Notes under the pieces: model-generated
The model's input: only the letters and a program-made list of their open reading frames with translations
What the model was told of the DNA's origin: nothing
Databases searched by the model: none
Position numbers and translations under genes: made by a program
Part shown: in pieces, positions 54,483-64,000 of the stretch
How the letters are laid out: each line of letters begins with the position of its first letter
Numbering within the stretch: the first letter of the stretch is position 1
Source of the DNA: Eledone cirrhosa
Lineage: Eukaryota
Reading direction: 5' to 3'
Length of the DNA: 64,000 nucleotides
Assembly: GCA_964016885.1 (NCBI GenBank)
Contig: OZ024752.1
Span: forward strand, 26,536,001 to 26,600,000

Positions 54483-54800
54483 TGGAGATCAGCTGCCCAC
54501 TTGATGTAAACATTGTCAGAAAAATACAGGAGAAAGAGGACATCTACGGACCATTGATGAGGAATTTACAAATCCAGTATCCAAGATACACCTTTAGCTT
54601 CATACCCATCATTATTGGAGCTACGGGTTATATACCAACCCGCTTGGACCAAAGTATGACTGAACTTGGATTTGCGGACAAAAAGCGCAGCTCCCTAATT
54701 CATAGTCTACAAATGGCTGCATAGCTGGCACCTTCAAAATTTGCAAAACATTCTTGCGATTCAAGGGATGACAATTTCTTTTCTTTTACAACCTTGCCAC
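54483..54800 (+). mobile_element. 3' end of an R4/Dong-like LINE, same family as 14580-15435
   Basis: EISCPLDVNIVRKIQEKEDIYGPLMRNLQIQYPRYTFSFIPIIIGATG. Confidence 0.85.
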
Positions 54801-54852
54801 CGGGAAGGTGGCCGGTCAAAAAAAAAATACTCGAAATTAAGAGAAAGAGATA

Positions 54853-54884
<32 letters not shown>

Positions 54885-55188
54885 ATATACATACATATAC
54901 ACCCATACACACACGCCCTGATGCGTACACACACATATATAACTATATATATATATACATATACATACATATATACACACGTACATACACATACATACGC
55001 ATATACACATACATACATAAACACATATATATAGCGTGAAACCCAAAACATATCATTTGTGCTGCATCTCTATTTTTTGTTCATATATTAGACTATATAT
55101 ATACATATATATAGACACATACACATACATATACACACACATACATACACACACACATATATATATATATACACACACACACACAAAT

Positions 55189-55225
<37 letters not shown>

Positions 55226-55923
55226 CACACACATATATATATACAAAAATATACACATATATACACATATACACGCACATACACACATACATACATACAC
55301 TTACAGAGTAAGTACGTTTATTCTCATATTTACACATATATTTTCCCCCGCTATGACCCGTCTATTTCGTTCTTACTGCTTCCTCTTTCTTTGTATCTTT
55401 ACCCTCTCTAACAGTCACTCTCTCTGTTAGCCTCTTCACTCACTCACTCACTCTCTGTTACTACCTCTCCTCCTTCTTCCCGTTTGACCTGTGCGTATTC
55501 TTTTCTTTCGCACGCTTGGTCAGGCCGGTTCCCCTTTTTTCTCTCTCTCGTCTACGATTTCACAGAACTTATGTTCACCGAATTCACGGACTAGACTCTT
55601 TCTTCCTCCCGTTTGACCTGTGCGGAATTCCTTCCTTGCTCACATTTCAACCAGGTTTGATAGTCTTTATTCTCTCTCGTTCACGATTTCACCGAACTTA
55701 TATTCATGGAAATTTGGGACTTGACTCGTTCTTCCTCACTTTTCGTTGCTTCACCATCTTTGTTCGTTTACATTCTCGCTGTTCCCTTTATTTACGTGTC
55801 CCAACGACTTTTTTTAGCCGTTGCTCGCACCAACCGGAGGTATATGGTCTTTAAAGCGAAGTATTACCGAGGATGGTTGGAAGATCACTGATGAAGGACC
55901 AACTTTATTCACATATATATACA

Positions 55924-55982
<59 letters not shown>

Positions 55983-55983
55983 T

Positions 55984-56017
<34 letters not shown>

Positions 56018-56385
56018 GTACACATATATACACATGTACATAAATATACATACACATACGTACATACAGATACACGTACAAACATACATACACACATACA
56101 TACATAAATATAGATACATATATATATATATATATATTTCGATATATGTGTGTGTATGTGTGTTTGTGCGTATTTGTGTATTTACTTATATATATATATA
56201 TATATATATATATAAGAGAGAGGTTTTTGATATGAAATCGTGTGTCGAAACAAATATTGTAGTACTAGGGGAGATATAAAAGATACAGAAGCGAAAACCA
56301 ACTAAAGAGTGAGTGTGTTCTGTTGTTATTTCTGGCAATATTATTACAACAATATGACCCTTCCAAAGTATAACAATATATGTAT

Positions 56386-56479
<94 letters not shown>

Positions 56480-56619
56480 GTTTCATTATAATTGCACACA
56501 CACATGCAGAACATACTGACCAGGCTTTCTCAAGAGGGGAAATGCCGCGGCAGTTTAAATAAACGCAATAATTAATGGAGCTGGTGCAATATAGTGCAAG
56601 CTTCAGCACAATATCAGCA

Positions 56620-57350
56620 GAAAACGCAAGGAAGATATAACGGCCAATCTAAATATTCCGTTCTAAATGACAATACTAGCTTTGCCGGCGTATCTTTCGT
56701 CGGTAGCCTCGTGCCGCGTCCTTGTCAGCAGAATCCTCTGTGTTCAGAGAACGTGAGGCCGCCTGTGAGACGTGGGACCGGCTGGGACTTAGCCCAGTAG
56801 ACGTCCCTCCTCCTTCGTCCCCTGTTGACATAAAGTCCCTCCAAAGCACTTGGGATGCCATCCAGTGCAGCCTGGCTTCAGACAGGCTCACGCGCCAGCT
56901 CGACCAGCACCGCGTTGCCTGTTTTCGTGCGGCCTCCAAACCCCACAGTGGTGTCTGGCTCCATGGCCTGCCGTCCATCTCCACTGACACGCAGCTAGAC
57001 AACCATAGCCTGCGAATCGGCGTTTCCCTGAGGCTCGGCCAACGGATCTGCCAGCCACACCAATGTCGCTGCGGTGCACGTCGGGCTGAGGGGGCCAAAC
57101 TCCTCAAATACCGGGTGCTCTCCGACAGGTTTGCGGTCGTTTCCTTGGCAGTGGAAACTTCTGGTGTCCTCGGCCCCAGGACTACCTCCTTACTCACCAC
57201 CATAGGCGCTGAGCTGGCCAGCCGTAGGTGTGAGCCCCGCGAGTTGTAGTGGCTTCTCCAGCGCGTCTCCCTTTCCGTCCTCCGGGGAAATGGCTTCTCC
57301 ATTCTGCCCGCCGGGGCTGTGGGTGGGCCCCATCGCTTACCATACCATTA
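56620..57350 (+). mobile_element. CRE-like LINE 3' fragment with an internal deletion
   Basis: PHSGVWLHGLP..LDNHSLRIGVSLRLG..CQPHQCRCG joined directly to KLLKY..AVETSGVLGP; GC-rich compared with the flanks. Confidence 0.75.
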
Positions 57351-57476
57351 CATTAGTTAAATACCATTCTTTCATCTCATACTGTCCACACACATATATA
57401 TATGTGTTTGTGTTTGTGTCTACTCAAACAAATTATGTTCACCCTTTCTTAACAATATTTATAAAATATATCTCAC

Positions 57477-57637
57477 ATATATCAAATTGCAATGATTTTT
57501 ACGATTCACATCATATTCCACTTTTAGTAAGCCTATAACACCATCCTTTGAAATTTCTTCTTGTTGCTTACGACTAGGGTTGTATTTGATGTAGACATCT
57601 TTGCTACTGGTGTGCTCAATAAAAGCAAAATTTAGCT
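57477..57637 (-). CDS. ITIH: ITIH-like gene exon (between VIT and vWA); absent from the ORF track
   Basis: TTTTTCAG acceptor, TAT|GTGAGA donor; 161 nt bridges phase 1 to phase 0. [26 protein letters not shown]. Confidence 0.9.
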
Positions 57638-57683
57638 CTGAAAAATATACAATAATATATTGAATATATATCTATATACACAC

Positions 57684-57746
<63 letters not shown>

Positions 57747-58365
57747 CATACATATATACATACATACATAATATATATGTATATATATATATATAACGAA
57801 GGTCCATCTGGTTCCTGTTGTAATATATATATGTATATATATATATATATATACATACATATATATATATATATGAATAGAAATAGGATTTAGCTTCAGG
57901 CATAACTGTATACAAATATGTATATAAATTTCGTATTTCTAAAGAAACACGGTTTTAGGAAGCCGTAGCTATGCAAACACCGGGCCTAACGCCCTCTGGT
58001 AGTGTCTCTAGCAGAAGCAAGAGGGACAACCGTCTATGTATTTCAGGCTTGACTGGTCTTCCTCAGGACGGCTCCTCCCACCTCTTGCGACTGCTGGACT
58101 TGAAAACAGTTGCGAATATATAGTTTTCTCGTCTGTGTAAATGTGGTGATTAATCTCATTTGCATATGAAGCTGCATAAGTTGGCTCAACTTATAATAGA
58201 ATAGAAATCTGAAATGCAGAGACGGTTGTCCCCCCTTGCTCCTGCTTGACACCACCAGAGGGCCTTAGCCCCGTTGTTTGCATAGCTACGGCTTTCTAAA
58301 ACCGTGTTTCTTTAGAAATACGAAATTTATATATCTATATATCTATACCCCCCCCCCCCCCCTCC

Positions 58366-58398
<33 letters not shown>

Positions 58399-58535
58399 CC
58401 AAAGATTAATATGTTTCATTGATTACTCAATGAATATAGTTTTACAATAGGTTAAAAGCACTCTACAAAGAAGTTTTCTGGAGTTATTAATATTATTCAA
58501 AATATTAATAAATGAAGACATTCACAAAATATATG

Positions 58536-58597
58536 TTTTATTATATATATTTCGAAGGTAGTGTGCTGTTTTTTCAGTACGTCCTCGTCAGATAAAA
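58536..58597 (-). ncRNA. Type I hammerhead ribozyme in a solo pLTR-like repeat (degenerate sister about 30346-30407)
   Basis: UUUUAU-CUGACGA-GGACGUACUG..CACUACCUUC-GAAA-UAUAUA-UA^-AUAAAA. Confidence 0.65.
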
Positions 58598-58748
58598 TAC
58601 ATGAATTGATGTATGACATACCTCAACGGTCTTGATAGTTCAATCCTATTATTGGCAGTACTAAAAAAAAACAGAACAGTACCTTCGAAATATATATAAT
58701 AAAACATATATTTTGATTATGTGAATGTCTCCATTTATTAATATTTTG

Positions 58749-58780
<32 letters not shown>

Positions 58781-58786
<6 letters not shown>

Positions 58787-61700
58787 GTTTGAATATGTGT
58801 AATAAGGCCAAAACAATGCAGTTATGGACATAGAAAAAGGAATGCAATAGTGAAAGATATTGATGAGAATTCGTTTTTCACCTTGAATTTATTTAAATGT
58901 CCTTAATTTTCGAGATAATATCTCTTCTTCGGAGGGAAGTAAAGGTCTCAAACCAGCGTCTTTAAATCTCTAGCCAAGCCATGCTGACCGGAAATAGTAT
59001 AGAGTATCTGTTCTAACTCTAATATCAAAGAATTAAAATTAGGTGGATAAAGAGTAGTCTCCCTTTAAGAGGGGTTTGTTTAGGGTTTTTTTTTTTTTTT
59101 TTTTTTTAAATTTTATATACGTACCTGTATATGCGTGTGGGAGAATGCATGAAGGTGTAGGTATGTGGGTGTGTGTGTGTGAGTGTGGAAAGATAGGTCT
59201 AATCGTAAAAGTGGGGGGTAGGTGTTATCTGGTGTTAGAACTGGTTTTGTGTGTGTATGTGTGAGAGAGAATAAGTGGAGGTGTAAGCGTGTGTGTGTGC
59301 GCGTGCGTGTGTGTGGGGTGTGTAAAAATGGGGCTAGAGGCCCTATCAGGTTATAAATTGGGTGTTGAGCTCTAGTCTATTATTGATTGGTGGATGTGTT
59401 CTATCTATAATAAGTGCTTCCTTAATTCTAAGATTGCCGAGGTTTCTTTCCTTAGTTTCTATCCTAACTGTTATGTTTTTATCGGTGTTTTTGCATTTAA
59501 CTAGGTGTTTCTTAAATGAGGAAGCGTTAGTATTGAGGTGTTCTTTTATTCTTATGTGGAGTGGTCTGGTGGTGCTACCTACGTAGAAGTTGTTGCATTT
59601 GTCACACTCTAGTCTGTATACTACGTAAGCCTGGTGGCATAGGTCTGTGTCGTTGATGAGGCAGTTAGCTAGTCTGCAGCAGTTGTCATGTCTGGTGGAG
59701 TGTCTCTTGGCCAGCCGTCCGCGCAGAGAAGGACCCGAGTGGGCCAGTTGGATATCCAGTCCCTCTAGTCTGATGGCTCTGCGGATGGCTGTTGTTGTTT
59801 CTTCACTGAAGTGTGGGAGCTTCAGGAAGCAAGTGTTAGTGCCTCGGGTGTGGTGTCCTCTGTTCTTTCTGGCACGGTTTGTGGTGGATGTCGTGTATCC
59901 GTTCAGTTTGAGTACTTCCAGGAAATGTGTGGTGTGTGTGTCTCGGTCTCTGGCGTCGGTGCATTTGTTCTTGATACGTGCCAGTTCGTTCTTTATGTAT
60001 CCGAACTTGGCACCGAGTGGGAGGGCCGATCTGAAATGTACGAACAGGTCCCTGCTGGCGGATTTTTTATAGAAGCAGGTGTGGATGTTGCCTTCCTCTG
60101 TTACCCTGAGTTGGAAGTCCAGTAGGGATAGGGATCCGCGGTCATCGAGGTGTTCCATGCTGAACTTTATACTGGCGTCCATGCTGGAGAATGTTGTGTA
60201 TATTTTCTCTGCCTCCTCACGGGATGATGTAAGGATGAGTATGTCATCTACATATCGGGTGAAGAAGGCATGGGAATGGCAGGTGTTGAGGGCTCGGCAT
60301 TCTAGCTGGTTCATGTAGGTGATGGCCAGCAGGCCCGAAAGGCTGGATCCCATGGGTAATCCTGTTGTCTGTCTGTATGTGTGGTGGTGGAAGGTGAAGT
60401 ACGTGTTGTCTACTGTGAAGGACAAAAGCTGGTGTATGTCCGTCGGGTGGAGGCCGTAGCAGTGGATGTTCTCTGCGACCACGCAGTCCGTCAATAAATC
60501 GACAGCTGGGTGAGCGGGGACTGTAGTGTAGAGGGAGACAACGTCGAGGCTAAAAGCCTATTTATTTAGTTTAAGTTGTTCTGGCTGGAGTTGGTGTAGT
60601 CTACGTATAACCTCGTCGGAGCTACTGACATGCCCGGGGAAGGTGGAGAGTAGAGGCTTGAGGACCTGGGAGAGAAGCCAGGACATTTTGTATAGGGGTC
60701 CTTCTATGCTAGAGACGATGGGTCTTATTTGCGTCTTAGTGCTATTCTTGTGGGTCTTGATGAGGTGGTAGAAAGTGGGCAGTCTGCTATTTCTAGTGGT
60801 GTAGTTGAGCTTAATTTTATTCACTGTCGCTTAGGTGTTCGAAGGCTAGGTTATTGTATGTGGCTTGAGAGATGACGCAGAACTCTTTACCTTTGTCGGA
60901 TGGTAAGTAAATAAGTTCCTTATTCCGTAGGTTCTTCAGGGCGAGTTGTTGTGTCCTGGAGAGGTTAGGGGACATCTTCTTCTGTTTCCGTAAGATGTTA
61001 AATACGGAATGTTTTAGTCTCGAGAGTTTTTCTTCCAGCTCGCGGTTGGCGGGCGGTGGATAGAGTGGGCGATCTAGTTGGTATATCGGGAATCTGGGTG
61101 TGGTGGATTCCGTGGTGTTGTTGTCGAGAGTCGATATCCATTTCAGTTGGTAGGCAGTCCGACAGAAATTCGTTTCTATGTCGAGCCATAGTCTGTCGTC
61201 CAGTCTCTGTTTCAATATGAACTTGGGACCCAGGCTGAGGAGGTCTAATTCCTCTCGGGAGAGGGATCCTGTCAAGTCTGTGACAAGGTGTGTTGTTGGT
61301 CGGGGTGCCGCTAGGTTCGGTGTTGGTAACGTATTGTTCGCCTCTGTTGGTGTTTAGCGTTGGGATGTTGTTAAGACAGTTGGCCGTCCTGAGTTTGAGA
61401 AATTTTTGCGTTAGGCGTATTTTCTCGTAGTCTCGGCGGTGGTGGTATGACCTGTCTATAGTGGCGGAGATGACCCTGGACAGAGGTTCTGGGGTTTCAG
61501 CGAGTTGTGGTACAAGGCTGGAAATAGTCCGTATGTGATGTTGTAGCGTGCGGTGTAGGTGTTGTAAGAGTTTTCTTAGGCAGAATTTTTGTATGTAACT
61601 GAGTGATCGTTTGAGGCCTGGTGATTTGAAGCATGTTGGTAGGTGTAAATTTTTGATGGTTTTGGGGATGATGTTGTTATTCAGGCATCGTTTTAGGAAG

Positions 61701-62124
61701 TTTATTTGGCAGCCGGCTTTGGCGCGCTTTTCAGATAGCTGGAAGAGTTTCTTTACAGTTGTGAACTGGGCCTGGCTCAGGCGTAATGAAAGGAGGAGGT
61801 TATAGTTCACTTGAGGCATTGTGTAATGAGGTATAAACGTTTGAATATGTGTAATAAGTCCAAAACAATGCAGTTATGGACATAGAAAAAGGAATGCAAT
61901 AGTGAAAGATATTGATGAGAATTCGTCTTTCACCGAAGAAGAGATATTATCTCGAAAATTAAGGACATTTAAATAAATTCAAGGTGAAAGACGAATTCTC
62001 ATCAATATCTTTCACTATTGCATTCCTTTTTCTATGTCCATATCTGCATTGTCTTGGCCTTATTACACATATTCAAACGTTTATACCTCATTACACAATG
62101 CTTCAAGTGAACTATAACCTCCTC

Positions 62125-62126
<2 letters not shown>
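58781..62126 (-). mobile_element. Near full-length PLE (RT + C-terminal GIY-YIG) with a direct pLTR and an inverted 5' pLTR; frameshifted
   Basis: ORF pieces from 61819 to 59346 include LSLGPKF, PSDKG, FYHLIKTHK..IRPIVS, GLPMGSSLS, RYVDD and VVYRLECDKCNNFYVGSTTR. 58781-58882 matches 61833-61934; 61933-62126 is an inverted pLTR. Confidence 0.95.
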
Positions 62127-62194
<68 letters not shown>

Positions 62195-62262
62195 CAGAAT
62201 GGATGAAGTAAAAACCAGTTATACCATTACTCACGAGAGAACATGATACTTGGAGTATGTAA

Positions 62263-62315
<53 letters not shown>

Positions 62316-62692
62316 AAATGTTGACGTCTGAATGAATATTATTCCATTATTAATCAGCCCAATGTGATATTAGTTAAATGACAACATGAAAGTAACTACG
62401 AACGTGTTTAATGTTTAGTATGATACAGCGTAATGTTCAAAGTGAACAGTAAGATAGTGTAATGTTTCTAGCAGGTAAGTGTAGTAGGATCTTTATTGCA
62501 GGACAGATATAACAGCTACATATACATTTGTAATATTGATAAATTAACGCCGATTATTTCAATGTCATTACAAAGAAAGCTTCAGCATTAATGTAAATTG
62601 TCGTAAGCCAAGACATGTATGTTTGTTTATTTATTACTACTTGTATATGGAATCTATAATGTAAATAATCAATAAAGAAATGTTTTCCTTAC

Positions 62693-62943
62693 TTCCGTCA
62701 TCAGTAAAATTTGTTAATTTATCATTTGTAATTTGTGGTACAACCAAATTAATAATGTCTTGAGGTTCACTAATGAAAACTTCCACTAAAAAGCCATCAA
62801 TAATTCCATTATTAGACAAATGGATTGTATGTCTGTATTTATTGTCCTGTCGTGTCAGAAGTTCTTGATAAGTCAGGTTGTAAACAATATACTTCTCGGG
62901 TTCAACATTAACAGATATATCGAAGACATTTGAGAAGCGGTGC
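62693..62943 (-). CDS. ITIH: ITIH-like gene exon (VIT domain, second part)
   Basis: TTTTTGTTCCAG acceptor, A|GTAAGG donor. FDISVNVEPEKYIVYNLTYQELLTR..VEVFISEPQDI. Confidence 0.93.
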
Positions 62944-63433
62944 CTGGAACAAAAATGAAAAAATCAGTTCAAATACTTAAAACATTAATGGAAATCTATA
63001 AAACATGTACTAAATTATTTCTATAAAATAGTTGAGTATAATTTGGCAATATAAATCGTTGGAGATGAAAAATAGGATAATCGCACTTCGGACACGAACC
63101 TCACATCTGCCTATATGCCGAAATCTTGTGTTGCCATTAAACTAATCCACCTATTTTTAATACTGTTATCTTATTAACTAGAGTATAAACCAGTCATGGG
63201 CTAACTGCGATATGCGAGCCGCATGCGACCCGTTCCGATTTTTTAGTAGTGATTTTGTTAGTAGTGCGGTTCACCTTATGGTGAGCCATATCCAATGTGG
63301 TCCACTTCTCGAAAAGGATTGCCCATACCTGATATAAACAATGGAAAGTCCAAAATAATAATACAGGGAGTAACACTGAAACTTTAAAGTGTGGTTTGAT
63401 AGCAGAAATATATTATCACTATAAAATACTTGA

Positions 63434-63575
63434 GAGGCGGCGAATTGACAGTCGTTAGAACGTTGTGGTATTCTTTTGTGGTATTCTTTTCGACTCTTTG
63501 CTCTCTGCGTTCAAATCCCGCTAAGGTTAACTTTGCCTTGCATCCATTCGTGGTCGATAAAAAAAGTACCAGTCT
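63434..63575 (+). mobile_element. Octopus-type tRNA-derived CORE-like SINE, degenerate
   Basis: GGCGGCGAATTGACAG head, GCGTTCAAATCCCGC and CTTTGCCTTGCATCC..GGTCGATAAAAAAAGTACCAG. Confidence 0.75.
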
Positions 63576-63907
63576 AATACTTGATTCGATTCTTCTCACT
63601 TCCTCTCTCACTATCTAACCTTCTCTGGAAGAAATTTGTTGTATTCAGACCTGGAGGAGTATGGGCTCCGCCAGGTTTTAATATGTGTTAGAAACACCGT
63701 ATGTCAACATGGCGCCCCTACAACCACTTCAGCAGTTACGCATAAATTACTTGAAAATAAATCGGTTTATCCTCGATTAATTCTCAACTATTTTATAGAG
63801 ACAATTTTTGCGTTGTGTTACTTTACTCAATGGTAAAACTTACTTTGAAATTTTAAAGACATCTGTATATGCAAGACATATCAGGTTAAAGAAAAATAAT
63901 ACATTAC

Positions 63908-64000
63908 TTGACTTCAACATAACCAGCACTTTGTCCTCTTTGAATGGCATCTTCGAATATATCTTCAGCAACCGATTTCTCTTTAACCTCTCCTACAGTC
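63908..64000 (-). CDS. ITIH: ITIH-like gene exon (VIT domain), continues beyond the window
   Basis: TVGEVKEKSVAEDIFEDAIQRGQSAGYVEV, then an AA|GTAATG donor; phase 2 matches the 62943 exon. Confidence 0.9.

Noticed and set aside
63075-63152. tRNA-like sequence (also about 23540-23590 and the SINE heads)
   Set aside because: Only box A/B-like remnants with no complete cloverleaf; more likely SINE relics.

Overview
AT-rich, microsatellite-saturated eukaryotic DNA. The tRNA-derived CORE-type SINEs and repeat landscape strongly suggest an octopus/cephalopod genome (inference). One host gene is visible: a minus-strand inter-alpha-trypsin inhibitor heavy chain-like gene (VIT + vWA domains, divergent C-terminus). 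Its phase-compatible exons run from the right edge (>64000) to at least ~20.6 kb. Almost everything else is retroelement debris, much of it inserted into (TA)n tracts: at least five large Penelope-like elements (PLEs; RT and/or C-terminal GIY-YIG, with direct or inverted pLTRs), R4/Dong-, CRE- and Tx1-type LINE fragments, SINEs and many fold-back solo pLTRs. The main hidden signal is self-cleaving RNA. A near-perfect 310-bp x 5.6 tandem array (about 1528-3269) carries a complete type I hammerhead ribozyme in every unit, which makes it a candidate non-LTR retrozyme/circRNA source. About a dozen other distinct hammerhead families are dispersed through the window, including U3-A8 covariant, U4-variant and long-stem-II forms. 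All ribozyme calls come from manual base-pair reading; no folding software or database search was run.
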